A stretch of 64,000 bases of DNA from Lingula anatina (GCA_051362555.1 CM120642.1:26784001-26848000); one strand, 5' to 3'; counted from the stretch's first letter, positions 14,301 to 29,026 are shown. Notes: generated by a model from the letters alone, not told the origin. Program-made: numbers and translations.

Positions 14301-15627
14301 TATTTTAGCTTTGGCAGCCTTGCAATTGTGAACCAAATGCTCCACCTTAAGTTGTAGTGCTACAGAAACCTCCAAAGCCTAATATAAAACTCTTCAAACT
14401 TCCAATGAGAACATTTGGATGTGATTTTGATGGTCTTGATCTCGAGCCACTTTCCCATGGCTTGAAAGATGTTATGCAGGTCAGTTCCAAGCAAAAACAA
14501 ATGAGAGGGCTGCGACTGTGTAATTGGTTTGGTATGACCAAGCCGCATGCAAGTTAAAAGAGAAAAAAGTGTGCTAGCTTCAGGTGTTGTTTATTGGCTA
14601 AACAGGAAAGGGATGGAGAGAGGGAGAGAGGAAGAGATGGTGCCAAGTTTATATGGGTTTGGATACCCCTGGTGTCACATTTTATTTGTTAGGTATAAAA
14701 AGTAAAGTCATGTGTGTTTTGATTTTGAATATAATAACATAATGTCATTGCAAGGTAAAATTAAGTTTTGATAACTTTTTTTCCTTCATTATCAAGAAAC
14801 CTTTATCTATACAGAATGGGGGAGGGGGTCGGTTGTTAAAAAGATATTAATGCAGTTACTTTTTATGGAGGCAGGTGTTTGTTGAGTGGCTGTAGTGCAA
14901 TGTAGAAAACATAGGTTTATGTACTTCCACTACTAAGCAACCCAACCACAAGATGGAACCACTTGTGATTTAACTTTTGAGCCACCAGCACTCTGGGTTT
15001 AACCCCTGGTGTGGTTCTAAAACCAAAAGTGGACTCAGTCCTCTGTTTTGGCTCTGACATACACTGCTAGCACTTCAACTATTTACTGTAGTTGTAGTAA
15101 ATTAACTTAATGATTTTGCTTGCATGATATAACTAGTCAATGGAAATGATGTAAGAGAGGGTACTTCAACCTACGAAGTCGCATGTGTGCGTGTGCATGC
15201 ATGTGTATGCATGCATGTGGTGGGGAGGGGTTAGCTAGTTCAGTCTAATTCAGGAGTATTTTGAAATATATATGTAAGTTATATACTTTCAAGCAGCTAT
15301 TAGCTATATCATGACAGTTTAGAACACTGGGAAGCAGCACTAAACTGAAAAATTTTAGCGCTCTGTGATATTTAAATATTATTCTCTTTGGTTCTCACCA
15401 AACTGTTTTTGTCATTTATTTAATGAATAAGAATATAACATTCTGAGATCTAACCTGAACAATAGTCAGATTGTCAAAAACCAAGCACTGTATCCCCAAA
15501 AAAGGCTGCACAAGGTGATAAGAATCAAAGTAGGACTGGTATGTGCATGTTAATTGTAGGCTTTGGGCATTCTGTGTCTACATGTTCACATAGTGCTCCA
15601 GTTAGTGCTATGAATTATTGAGTCTGA

Positions 15628-15650
15628 GTCTCTCTCTCTCTCTCTCTTTA

Positions 15651-15695
<45 letters not shown>
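15628..15695. repeat. Compound (CT)n-(CA)n microsatellite
   Basis: Direct reading. Confidence 0.95.
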
Positions 15696-15698
<3 letters not shown>

Positions 15699-17618
15699 TT
15701 TTTTTTTTCACCAAATTGCTGACCACACTCAGTTACTAGGCATTGTGTTTTTACACATTAACTGACTGCAATCAACAATACAATTTTTTATAAAACTAAA
15801 GTTATTCCTGAGACTAATTATTTGATAATTTTTATATTTATAAGCAGTATTGTTAAAGGGCTTCTCCAAATGCTGTTTCTTTTTTAGTTGACTTTGGTGA
15901 TTTTTATCTCCAACTTACTTTAAAGACCTAATGGCCTGTTAAACTATCTTGAGTAGGGAAAGAATGAAAGTTTTAAGTGTGGCATTGTTGGGCAAATATC
16001 TCATTACATTTTACTGAATGAGGTTTTCTTTCATTCTTTGGCTTATTGCTCAATACTTTGAAACATTCGTATGCTTGTTACCATATTACAGTGTATGTGG
16101 ACTTTGAAATTGAGAAGATATTCATTTGTTTTATTTGGTATTTAGATCCAGTTAGCCAAAATGTTGACTGTAGTGGTAATTTTGTGGCTTGAGGTAATGA
16201 TAAAGCTCAGCTGGCATTAACATTGTTTTCTGAAAAGGTGAAAATATTACTTTTTTTCAAAATATAAAGATGACCATTATTCTTTGTCCAATTTTTATAT
16301 ATATTTTGTCATTTTTATAATGGAAGCAAAGATTTAAAAGACACCATGTCTTTGGAAGCATCACATTTTATAACTATTTAAATGCTATACTTGACAACAT
16401 GAAAGAATGCTACCGTGCTTACCACTGATCAATTTTATTGTTTGAAAAAATGTTGCATTTCCAAACCAAACAAGACGCAGCAACTGTTTTTCGGCAGTTG
16501 AAATATAAATCTTACTTGACAAAAACAGAATCCGGAAAAGCAGAGGTCATTGTTTAGATTTATACACCACAAGGCACAAGTCTTGGTTAAAATTACCAAA
16601 CGGAGGTCACCATTTAGAGGCATGAAGCACACATGTCAACAGATTCCTGTGACATATTGAAGCACACTCAGGGTCTTTTTATATGGTGACGTCTAGCCTT
16701 GTTCTTTTTTTCCCCCAACTGATTCAGTCCGTGCATTTACATGCATTTAAAAAAAGTCTCTTGATTGTGAGTCCATGGTATGTGGTCAAGCTATCAATCT
16801 TTGGCTGATTGCAATCAACCTGTATTTATGCACATGCTCAAGTGTACTAAGTCTTGCATTAAAGAGTTACCGTAGGCAGTTCACTGACGTTCAAAACCGA
16901 AGCAAAATGAGAGGATTTGAACCCTCTAGCTTTGTGAACGTGGCCCATATGTAGACCAGGGCCTCACACTGGAAATACTGAGCTTAACTATTGGGCCCAG
17001 TTTATATTTCACTTAATCTGGAAATCTGTCTGGCAGACACAACTCTGACTGACTGCTATTTGACTGAGTTTTAAGTGGAAAAAAAAAGAGTCAAATCATC
17101 AGAATTTCAACAATCAATCAGGTCACTTGAATTTTTAGCAGCTAAAATGCAGTTTAAGAGATGTTTGGCTAAATAATATAGCCTGTTTTATTGATTGTGA
17201 CTGTTGCAGAAAGGGAATTGGATAGAAATGAACAAGTATGCTAAAGTTCAAATTTCATCTCAAATAATGTTGAAATGAAATCAGGGCATTGCCATCTTAC
17301 ACGCACACACTCACATGCACACACTCACTGTAACGGTGGGGGGGGGGGGGGAGTCCCCACTTTCATGCTCACAGATGAGTTCATTTATGTTTGACACTCT
17401 TCGTGGATAAACAATTGTTTATAAAGCTGAAATCTTACATTTCTTATCTCATTAGTAAATGCAGTAGACAGTGACTAGAGGTACAAGGTCACAATTTAGA
17501 AGTATTGAACTGGAGGACCTTGGATTTAAACTTTTACAATTGTTTTAACAAAAAGTGTGTAGTTGTAATTTCAAGAAGAAGTTGTTGGCCTTTATTTGCA
17601 AAGTGGGAAAATATATAA

Positions 17619-19005
17619 GGGCCATTCCGTGGTATTTTTTTGCTGTTATGGAAGGACATTTGACACTTCAAATGAAAATATTTTCAAAAGTAAAAAAGTT
17701 ATAAGGTCCATTTTTTGTATGTTTATTCTTCTATATGTAAGTTATAATTAGGCAAAAAATTAGGTTTAAAAAAATTAAAGTTACGAAAAAATTATAATAA
17801 ATAGTTAGCATCTCGGAAGGACGTGAAATGGACATGGAATTTTAACTTTCAACTTCAACACTAAAATTCTGCTCTGTCTGTGTAGATATTTTTAAAATCA
17901 AATCAAAATATGAATATTTGATTATTTTACTTTCTCAGTGTATAAAAATTTTTTTGGAAAAAAAATAATAAATTTGAAAATTTTGCATATAAAAAAAATC
18001 AAGTAGGCGTCATGGAAGGACACGTCTCGGAAGGACGTTTTGTCCATTGCTAAATAAAATGTAAAATAAGGCTAATAATAATATTTTATGAATACATACC
18101 AGCATAATTTTGATGAATAATATCAAATGTAAACATGTCTTTCCGTGGTAATATATTTCATCTTCAAACATGTTACTAATTTTGACTATAATATAAGTTC
18201 TCATCTGCTCTGATCATCTTTAAATAATATTGGGACATTTTTTGAGAAATTCTTACCAAATCTATTAATTATAAATATAATCAATTGTCTAAATTATAAT
18301 AACTTCAATATTATTCATTCAAATGAAATGTTTCTCAGTTTAAAAATGCTTCTATATATAATAATTGTGAATTTTAAGTTCAAGATTATCTTGAAAGACA
18401 TAAGGGTTTTGGGGCTCAATGGTCACATGACCTTTTATGGTCCAATCAAAATGCCTCATACGTGCTTCCACTGTGCTAGGTGTCATGTTTAATGCTTATA
18501 TATTTGGATTTAATTTCTTACTGAAGTGGTTCTAAGCAAAAATAATTTCATATTTTGTTGGCCCCTTTCATGGTTGAGGAGAATATGAAGTTATAAGTTT
18601 TTAACTTTTGTAGTTACTGAGAAAACTTAAAAAATAGGTACCAAAATCATCTCGGAAGGACAAATTGATATTGATTAATCCATTATTTTATAATTAAATA
18701 TTTTTTTAATCTAATGCACCTGACTCAATGTAAGAAATAGGTTATATTTAATGTATTTAGCCTTTATTGTTTAAAATGATCTCTATTATGAAAAATATAT
18801 CAAAAATAAAAATGTCCTTCCGTGACACTATTTTATAAGTTTTCCAGATAAAAGTGTCAATAAAATCATAATTAATCATCAAAACCTAAAATTTCTTTTG
18901 GATTCTGGTGTCTTATGATGTCTGGTTTCAGAAATTATAAGTTTTATAAGTAGGATTCCTTTTTGAAATTTTGAGGTCTGCGGACCAAATACCACGGAAT
19001 GGCCC
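17619..19005. mobile_element. Non-autonomous DNA transposon, 1387 bp, 19-bp TIRs, 4-bp TSD (Sola2- or Kolobok-like; family uncertain)
   Basis: GGGCCATTCCGTGGTATTT ... AAATACCACGGAATGGCCC perfect TIR; ATAA on both flanks; very AT-rich interior with repeated (C)GGAAGGAC. Confidence 0.85.
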
Positions 19006-21379
19006 ATAAATAGATAAATTCTTTCCTTCTCTAATCTCACCTGATGTGACCATGTCATTTGTGTTGATGTTGTCATTATGCATATTCTATATAATAGTGC
19101 CAAATCAGTGGTCATATATTACACATAGGCTGTTATTTTCTGTACCACTTAGTAATGAATAAATATTCATCCTGGCACTTGAAATAGAATACCCCAGGGA
19201 GAAAACAATAGTGCGCTTCCTTCTGAGATGAAAGGCACGAGATACACTTGTAGATATGCAACAGTGTGTTTTCTGCCTGTTGCTAATTGGAGCTTAATTC
19301 CCTGCAGTTAGATCAGCAAGAACAGGTATGTTTAACTAATTGCAGGAAACTCTCCCCAGGTGACAGATCAATATTGATCATTGTCTCACCTGGAATTATT
19401 GATGAGAGAATCAGGAACTTCTCTGTGTGTATCTAAGCTGGTATTGGGAGTCTTGGGTATTCCCATTAACAAGGCAATAGTCGTACAATGCTGAGTGAAT
19501 GGCGCCGTACTTAGTTCCCCTTGGTGATTTCAATAACTGTTATTCTTCTCTTTTTTGTGTGAACGTTCAAAAGTAAAGGTGAAAGGGGTGATGCAATCTA
19601 ACAGACAAATATAGCTTTTTTGTCTTTGGTCTTATCACTTGTAGCAAAAAGCTATATTGTTAGCGAAAGCAATTGACTCAGTTAAGCTAGGTTTTTACTT
19701 TCTTTATTTCTTGAGGTTATTCTGTAGTAACAAAGATAAGGTCTTTCATGGTGGTGAAACTCCATTTTAGACACTACACATCTCATGCAAACTGAGGACA
19801 ATTGAGAAATTGTCAACGTACTGCAAACCATTCCATGGTATTAAACCCTAACTCTTTAATACAGGTGCAAATAAATGTAGTATTTATCTCCCCCCCCCCC
19901 CCCCCCCCCCCCCCCAGTTAGATAAAAACAGACTTAAATATCTGTCATATTACATTTAGTTTATAAACGGTAGTTACCTTGCTCAGTTACCTTATCAAGT
20001 GTTTAACAAGCTGGGATGGGAGAGATACAGCAAGATGCATTAGTTGATATGGGGGCCTGATACATGGAACAGAACAATGGAAGATCAGGCTGAATTCAAA
20101 GTCTGCTTTCCAGTTTGATAAGAGAAATAAGTATCTTGCAACGAAAGATAAAACCAGGCGACTTGCATAAGTGATTGAGTGATTTGCTGATAAAGAGGGC
20201 CTGATACTAGAAAGGGAGGATTTCAAAATAGCAGAATGAATGTTGAAATGAATTTCCTTATTTTCGAATTGGTTTAGATTCTCTTACTCTTTGTTTTTGT
20301 GTTGACAAAAAAAGTGTAAATACAATGAGAACATACTATATAACCCACCTTCTGTCCTAAAGAACTTGAAAAGGAATTGTTCAGGATTTTGTTCAGTGAT
20401 GAAGAACTAAATATAACTGAATTGATCTATTAATTACTAAAATACTTCAAAGGAAGTTTTAGATATATAAATTTTGTAAGCAAATTATTTACTTAAAATT
20501 ATGTGCAAAAAAAAAAAAAACATTTAATTTATGAAAATAAAAACTAAAACAAAACAAAAGCTGAAGGGACTGGAAATATTTACACAATTTTTCGAGATGG
20601 TCCATAAATATGTGGAGGCAGTTTTAGATTCTGTGGATACCCGCTATAAGTGATACTCCAATATGCCAGACAACATGAGTGTGAGAAAGGCAGGCCGAAG
20701 AGTGCTACTTGTTCTCATTATGCAAATTTCAAGTAGAGCCAAGTGAATGTTTAGATAGCCCTACATGCTAGGTTACCACTTTGTTCTGCTTCATACAAAG
20801 TCCTCGTCTTGTTTTTAGTCAGAAACATTTATAAATCTTGTTTGTGCTTTGCTTAAAAAAATGAGGACCAAAATGTCAAAAGTGTATGTTTCACCAGTAT
20901 ATATTTTCATGGTCATGACAATTGATATGAACTACTTAAGGCGTGACTTCTTAAGTAGAGGGTACATGGTGCATTTTCATTCTGCGGTCACTTTCTAACT
21001 ATTTGACATTCAATGTCAGATTTTGAACTCTCGATGTTTTTTGCGCATATAGCGAAATAGAAATTATATTATTTAACATTACCATATTACAATGTCTTTG
21101 GAATTTGAATGAGAGCCGACCTAACCACATTCAAATGATTCAAGTTAGAAATGGGTATGAGATGTGACACTAGGTTAAACCACTCTGGCACACCCGTGAC
21201 ATTTACAGCAACTTTGCAATAAATTTAAATAAAGAAAGCAGAGAAGAGTTTGCTGAAGGCGAAGTGCTACGAATCTTCTCAAATTTTGAACACTTTTATT
21301 TGATTTTTTTTTCAAGATTTCATAATTTTCTCACTTTGAATAACTTTCAGATTGTTGTTTCTGCATATTTCATAAAAAG

Positions 21380-21412
<33 letters not shown>

Positions 21413-22863
21413 ATAAAAACTTCAGCTGATTTTTTTCTAGCTCTAGAGAGTAATTGCCTTATCTTTAAAAAAAAGCTTGGACATGTGCATTTAGGAACCT
21501 TACATCCTGTTAAACACGAACATTTTGAATTAGTCAGATTCAAAATGATTCACAGTAATAATAAGGATAACATTCTGCACTAGAATCCTTTAATCCCAGA
21601 ATATGGAGTGAATCACTCATCACTTCATGGAACCAACCTTTCTAGGGTTAGCAGATTTACAGAACTAGCAGGAGATGATTTTGGATTGGAATGAAGTGAT
21701 GAAATCCAATACATCATTCTGTAAGAACACTTTTTTGAAGATTTGCAGAAAATAAATTAATAAAGAGAGAGAGAGAGAGAGAGAGCAACTTGAATTGTGT
21801 TTTAAAAAATTATCTTGACTGTGGAAGGATTTTGTGATACACATACAGCAGGGGAATCATTTGTAAGATAGGCAAGGAATTGTCAGTATTGCTACCTCTT
21901 GCATAAAACAAGTGGATGATGCTTGTGCAAGCCAGATGTGTTATCAGTCAAGTGCAGCACTTTTTAGTTCATCAGAAACAGGTGGTTTTGGTCTGAACTA
22001 TTGAAGTTGTACTAAAATAGATCTGTTGAAGCATCTAAAACAATAGAGAATCCTCCCCCACAGAGAGGCTCTTTATATTTCCAAACACCAGCTATTCATT
22101 GTGTTTCTCAAAAAAAAAAAGAAAATTAATCAACAAAATTGAATGTAATATATTGTAATAAGAAGCTGTAAGTGAAAAAATAACAAGTGTTATATGTTTG
22201 AATTAAAATTACAGGTCATTTGTTCACATGGGTATTTTATAATGAAAGCCAAAACAAGGCTATGTACTTTCTATATATGCAGTGGAAAGATAGAAGGGCA
22301 GGGAAAATTGCACTACACATTTTATCACCCACGAAAAAAAAACATGGAAACATGATTTCAGTGTGTAACACACACATTTGACTGATTTGGGCTCATTTGT
22401 TGACTCCAGTGTGTCATGTTGCTGCAGATGACAACAATAGGAACGCTGTTTTGACTGACTTGCTAGTTGGCGTTTATTGTTGTGACTGAGAAATGGTTCC
22501 AGAGTCGAAGAGCACATGGGAAAACAGTTTTTCCGTCTGTCAGACATGGAGCCCCTTGTCTTAGTTGTCTAAACATCAATTATCTGTGCTCTGGGTTGTG
22601 TGTGATAAGACTCAATTAAGCAATTTTTCCAAGGTGAAATTCCAGTTCATGTCACAGCAGCACATGTTTACTTTATTTAGAAGATTTTGTTGATGAAATG
22701 TTAAAAAATTTAATTTATCATGTCACAGCAGATGCATATTATTATGTCACAGCAGATGTGTTATGTTTTTTATAGTATTATTAAGCATAAGAAATTGAAT
22801 TATGTCATAGAAATAGAGCATCAGCATATTAAACTAAACGAATATTGCTTTTTGTTTTTTCAG

Positions 22864-23003
22864 TTGTGGCAATGAATTTGTAGGGTCAACATGTCAGCAC
22901 CCAAACCCCTGTCGTCCAGAGAACCACTTCTGTAACAATGGCGGTACCTGCCATGTGGTGGTGGCCGGGCCCACCTTGACCACCACCTGCACATGTCCAC
23001 TGG
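22864..23003 (+). CDS. Notch: Notch exon 2/33, EGF1 end and EGF2
   Basis: Long T tract + cag; CGNEFVGSTCQHPNPCRPENHFCNNGGTCHVVVAGPTLTTTCTCPL(G); gtaagt donor. Confidence 0.93.
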
Positions 23004-23637
23004 GTAAGTATGCTGGTCAAGGTGATAGCGGTCAGTTGGGGTGGGTGGGGGGATGTCACTGAGAATGGAGGTGATCTGAAACTGTTGATCTTCTTTTTCT
23101 TCTTCTTGACTTTTGGCTTTGTCTCTTCTCAGGGGCAACCACAGTGGTGAGCAATCCTCCACGTACGCCAGTCCTGCGTTTTGTCTTTCACTGCTCCTAC
23201 TTTGTGCATATTATCTGCTTTTTTATCTAAATGATTTTTGAGTGATAGACAATCATTGAAAACTGTTTTCACCACATGGTCATTCTTAAATTGGTCTCTG
23301 CTTGAAGTAATGCAAGCAACTGTAGTGTACAGTGCCTGAGGCTTGGGATAGAAAATGTCAGATAGTTCATGCATTAAAATAACTTTTAAAAAGCTGTCAA
23401 ACAAACACTTTGTACTCTCTGTATTTTTTTAAGTGTTTTAGAATTAAGTGTCTTAAAACATGAACTTTTACAAGTGTTGAAGCCATAAGGGGATAACTTT
23501 GGATATCTAGTAACATTACAAGTGTTTCAAAGGTACTTTGACTTGGGCGGTAATGTTCTTGACTTAGAAAAAGAAAAAGTTAAAAGTACATCTTGAAAAT
23601 CTACAACCATTCATCTATATACTTGTTGATTCTCCAG

Positions 23638-23769
23638 GCTTCAGTGGCTCCCTCTGTGAAATAAAAGACCCAAGAAGTGCCTGCTACAATGATCCGTGCC
23701 ACCAGGGAAAATGTCGTCTGGATGGCTCCCTGTCAAATTACGTCTGTGACTGCTCACCAGGGTATACAG
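23638..23769 (+). CDS. Notch: Notch exon 3/33, EGF3
   Basis: ctccag/gtaagg; FSGSLCEIKDPRSACYNDPCHQGKCRLDGSLSNYVCDCSPGYT. Confidence 0.93.
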
Positions 23770-23997
23770 GTAAGGGGTGTAGCCGGTTTTTGAAATATTT
23801 TGTATCTATAGATCACATCCAAACATAGTTGTTTTATTTTTAGATATATAAATTATCATTGAATCAACCAATTCAAGGCTATCTGTGTGATTTTTTGTTT
23901 GCGCTAGCCAAAATAGAGTCTATGTCGACCAAAGTCTCTGGCAGCAGATCTTTTTTGGCTTCCATGTTTAGACAAAGCACATAGAAATTATTACAAC

Positions 23998-24059
23998 AGT
24001 TTGAAATGCACTGAATTGAAAAGCCTTTAGTTTGAAATGCACTGAATTGAAAAGCCTTT
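23998..24059. repeat. Perfect 31-bp tandem duplication in an intron
   Basis: AGTTTGAAATGCACTGAATTGAAAAGCCTTT x2. Confidence 0.95.
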
Positions 24060-24180
24060 CTTCGCAAATATTGTTTGATAACCATATTACATATAAATTG
24101 GTAGTCTGTTGGAATTGTTCATTTTTGACAGTTGTCACATTAACTTTCTTCATCCTAAACTTTTTTGCTTATATTCATAG

Positions 24181-24385
24181 GGAGACATTGCAATCAAACA
24201 GACCATTGTGCATCACAACCATGCCGTAACCAAGGCACATGCACCAACACACTATCAGGGTATGTTTGCACGTGCCAGCAAGGCTTCCGTGATGGAACAT
24301 GCACGACAGATATCAACGAATGTGCAGAGATACCAAATCTATGCAAAAATGGTGGAACCTGTGAGAATACATACGGATCTTATAG
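24181..24385 (+). CDS. Notch: Notch exon 4/33, EGF4-5
   Basis: catag/gtaaac; matches ORF 24165..24389 (HCNQTDHCASQPCRNQGTC...DINECAEIPNLCKNGGTC). Confidence 0.95.
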
Positions 24386-24740
24386 GTAAACTTTTTTGGT
24401 ATTGAATATATATGGTTTTTAAAAATTTTTGAAAATTTCTCAGTGGTTATGATAAATGGCAGACGTCATTACTGCTTGTGGAATGAAGAATTAGATTTTA
24501 GTTCATTTTCAAGCAAGGTTATTGACTAGATTTAGTGCAAGCTTGAAGATAAACACACAAAATTCCTTATGTGTGTTTTTGTTGGTTATAAAATCATTGG
24601 TCATCAAAATTCACACTATGCTCATATCAAAAACCATGAAATCTCTTTTGTTTTGATTAAAATAATAATATTTGTATAATAGATATTAAAAATTTTTAAA
24701 TTTTATAAATTTAAAATAATGAGATTATTTTATTTTCTAG

Positions 24741-24877
24741 GTGCCTGTGCCATCCAACTTTTACTGGAAAAAATTGTAGTGAAATCTACCGCCCCTGCAT
24801 ATCAGATCGTCCTTGTTTAAATAGAGGTTCTTGTACACCAACATCAAACTTGACTTATTCTTGTAGTTGTGCACAAG
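24741..24877 (+). CDS. Notch: Notch exon 5/33, EGF5 end and EGF6
   Basis: ttctag/gtgaga; CLCHPTFTGKNCSEIYRPCISDRPCLNRGSCTPTSNLTYSCSCAQ. Confidence 0.93.
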
Positions 24878-27800
24878 GTGAGAAAATAATTTTCATATTT
24901 TTGTTAACAGTGTTCAGCATACATTGATATCTCTTTGGCATATGTTCAGTACATTTATTTGACAATGTCATCAACAACCAACCCAAGGATTTTGTGATTT
25001 TTATGTTTGTACTTACCATATTAAATCCTAAATAGGTCAAGTGATAACAATTTACCTAAAAGATAGTTAAAGAAGCTAAATGACTATTAGGCAAAAAACC
25101 AATAAATTCCATTTAGCAAAAAATAATTTCTTTTTATCATTTGCTATAGATTTAAAATACTAGATTAAACCCAATCTCTTTCATCTCAACTCATCAACAG
25201 TTGGGACAAAGCATGACAGGAATGCCAATAAAAAATCAATTTACTGATATATGTATTCAGTTGACAATACCATCTGAAAAAAAAACCCAGACAGCTGCAT
25301 TGAAAAGGGTCCATCCACCACATAGGTCTCCTTAATTGTTATCAGTCTGCCAACGGCAAGATGTTCACATTGAACCACTTGCTCACAGTCACCAGCCACA
25401 TCTGTGCAGATTTTCATTGCATTTTTCACATTCCGACGCATGCTTTTTTACACTGCCATACAGAGGAACAGCTTGAGCCCCGAGTCTGGGCCCAGCTTGC
25501 GGGGACTGGTTTGACAAAAGGCTGTGCATTGATTCAGATGGTCCACTAGAATTAAACTTCCAAGGGCACAAAGCAAGATCTTTTGAGTTTGAAAGGGCAA
25601 ATAGTTATTGGATAGGGGTGAAGCTATTGAAATATTTAAGTTTAATTCATGTAGAAGGTCAGTTTTAAGTCGGTGGTATTTTTGTAGTGTTTGGTGACCC
25701 TTCCCTGGATAATGCGATTTTAAATTATGATCATGATTATTGAAAATCCATTAATGGTACTTGAATTAAAGCACTTTGTTTTGAACAAGTTTAAGCTTGA
25801 TACAAATTTTGAAATAGGAATTTAGTTTTCAGATGAGTTTTTATTTTACCAAGGTGAAGACACATTTCCTTTGAAAGAAATTTTTGATTTAGAAATCAAA
25901 GGAACTGAAGTTGTTAAATCCGTTTCCCAATCCTCTGAAAAAATTGACATTTTGAGTCGTCACTGCTGCAAGAAAATATTTTTAATCATGACTGATGGCC
26001 ACATACACAGTATGATTCCTGTTGATTGGACTTGGTATTCTTTGTTATGGTTTCCATATTTTTGCCTTTTTATGTGGTAATCATACTAAATGTGTGAGTA
26101 TAATTTTAACTAGTGAATGAAATATTTCCAAAATCAAAAGATATGGTCATTTTTTTTTTACACTTCCACAAGCTTACTTTGGAACTCTAAATTTTATAGC
26201 TTCTGTGCAGTTTTATTTGCCCATTTATCAGAGAAGAAAAGAAAGAAAAATCAGTCAAAGATTTAGGCTATGGTATTGAGCAGTGACACAGAAGAAAATT
26301 ATTTGATGTATTTCAACAGATTCAGAAGTTATATTTTTGACTTATTTGCTTGTGATAAACTAAGGAAAAAAAAGAACAGGAATATCCAAGTCAAAATGAA
26401 CTCACCAATGACTAAGAGTCAGCCTACTATTATAGACAACCAAAAAGAATCTTTTAACATCCTAAACTTATCACCAAAACAGGATATGCTCTATATCCGA
26501 TTTTGTTTTTCAGAAATTTTGGATTGACAAGAACAGATTTGGCATCACATGTGAAGCATGAACATTTAGAAAAAAGAGATCAAATTATCTTAATTCCATC
26601 AAATACAGTAACATCTAAAGACAGCTGTAAATTGAACTTCTGATAAAATGTTCTTGAAGTGGCACATTGCTGGGAAGCCCAAGGACAGACAAACAACTTT
26701 TAAGTGCATTAGCCCAGTTTAAAGCTATTTTAATAAATAAATGCTTATAATTTTACAGTTAGAAAATGTTGAACACTCATTGTCTTGTCGAAAGAAATTT
26801 CTTCAAACCAAAACCCTGGTTTCTATTTAAAGTTTAAATTGTCTTTTTGTTCCATGAAAAAAAAAACATCATTTGACTACTTTTTGGCAGTTTTATCATT
26901 GCCACGTTTTAATTCATTGATATTTGTTAGTGGTTAGAGTAAGAAAAAGAGCCAAAAAATTTTGTGAGTGGCCTGATATGAACAATTGTGGTGCGAGTAA
27001 AGGTACTCCTCCTTATGATGGCAGAGGAGCAGATAGTGACAGAAACCCACTGATAACATGTAACACGAACACTGCGCAGCATGAGTGTCCACTGGATTTT
27101 GTTTTGAAACTCTGCTGTAGGTCATATTCAAAGGATCGTGCACAAACATTGGTCATGTGCTTTGGTTTAGGTTTTCCTAAAAGGGAGGAAGCCATGAGTG
27201 CTGGCTGGTGTTTTGAACTCTGCCTAGGGTCACTTTTAAAAATTTTAAATGATAAGTCAGATCTAAAGGTCCTCAAATTCCACAAGTCTATTTTTATACT
27301 TGGCTTAAGACAGGGTAGGTTGTTCATTTCAAGAAAACCATAGGAAATTGTTTTTGTCCTTTGAAGGATTTAAACTTTTTTATGAGGTTTCTGTATTTTG
27401 GAAAATTGCCTGTTCCTCACATATGGACACCAGTTAATAATATATATATATATTTTTTTAATCACACAAAATATGTTCAACAACCATTTTAAAAGAAGAG
27501 TTTGGTACAGTGAGGGCTAAAACTAAAAAAATTTTTTTAGTCACAGCTTAATGAAATATATGAGTTAAGTGACAAAAATGCCCTATGAACCATGTCATTG
27601 AACTCCGCAGACAGAAATAAACACTGGTCCTGTGTTTGTAGTTAAAGTGTGTGGCAGTGGTTAAAGTATGTGTGGTGAAATAAAAAATTGAAAACAACAA
27701 AATTTAAGTAGGAAGTAGGTGTGTCCTGACTGCACTGCAGGCTGCAGCTGTGACCTTCTTTGCCATCTGATGCTATGTGCAGGTTGCTGCTGGAAGCGCT

Positions 27801-29026
27801 GGCTAACCTCGTGCCTTGCCCACGTGGTGCCCATGTCCAAAAGCTGTGTGCTGGATTTACACAAATGGTCTTTGTTGAAATTGAACTTTGGTTCGAATTT
27901 AGCTTAATTGTACATTGTGCATGGAGGTTACAGGTTCTTGCTTGAAATGGATAAAGATGTTGTAAGAAAGTTTCATTAAATCCAAAGAAAATCTCATTAT
28001 AGCAATGCATTGGTCCACTTGTTTTTGTTTTGCAAATTGAGGTCAGCGTGGTCAGTACCATTGGAGAAGTCTTTTAACTGTTCACTTCAATTTTTGGTCA
28101 AGTACTGACTGCAGTTTGCACCACTGGGGTAAGATGCCCCAGACGCAATAAGGCCAAAGTAATTGCCTTCGTATTGACTCCTCTTTGTTTATTTGCCACA
28201 CAATTTGCAAAAAAATACTTTCTCTCACTCACAAATTGCCAACATTTGGTCCCTTTTCTCATTTTTGAATTTTTTTATGGTTGGCTACCATGGCCCTGAA
28301 GTGATTTAGCATATCAGTAAAGAACACCTCAAAATTACTTTCTCAATATATGGGCTGGGTTATTAGCAGCAGATCTTCTTGGGGGCTCCTTAGGGTATGA
28401 ATCAATCTTCCATTCACATTAGAATCATTGGCTGCTCCATGACAAATAATGCCACTGGGGAAATCTTTCGAGCGTTTTATCAATAGGTTTTTAGGTTGTG
28501 TTAGTTTTTAAAGTTGATGGACTGACTTAAAAGCCAGTATTCTCAAGAGCAGGTTTCTTTACCAAGTGAGAAAAATATGGTGAATTATCCATATCTGGCC
28601 ACTAAATATGTTTTTGGAATGTCCCACTTACATCATGATAAAACACTAATTTGGTTAAGACAGCCCTGAATGTGTATTATGAATCTGAACAGAGACAGAA
28701 ATTGGCTTTGGTTGATTGGCAGTTATAATTAAATCCATCAGCCATTTGATTGGCCCTATGTTTGAAAGTGTTATGTGCTGTGCGGACCCAGACTGAAAAA
28801 AATGGAACTGCACAGGAAATACCCAAATAAAGTTTGCGTATGGACAGAACTTTTTTTACAAAATAACAATATTATATAAAACTAGACCCAAAACAACATC
28901 AGGAACTCTATATGATAAGCTGTATATTTTTTTATATTTCTTGCCAATAAAATGCATTTTGTTTATACCTTAGAACAGTTTACTTTTAATCAGAATGATA
29001 AATGGTCAATATTTTGTTTGTTTTAG

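Noticed and set aside
14880-15060. Possible decayed tRNA-derived SINE (B-box-like GGGTTTAACCC)
   Set aside because: Too degenerate; no TSD, tail or second copy visible in the window
259-22547. Many 60-119 aa ORFs in the first 22 kb
   Set aside because: No recognisable domains, low-complexity F/L/I/K composition; they lie in Notch introns and are expected by chance
26924-28061. 139-aa ORFs in the intron between EGF6 and EGF7
   Set aside because: No EGF pattern or other domain; the 36-repeat series is complete without them
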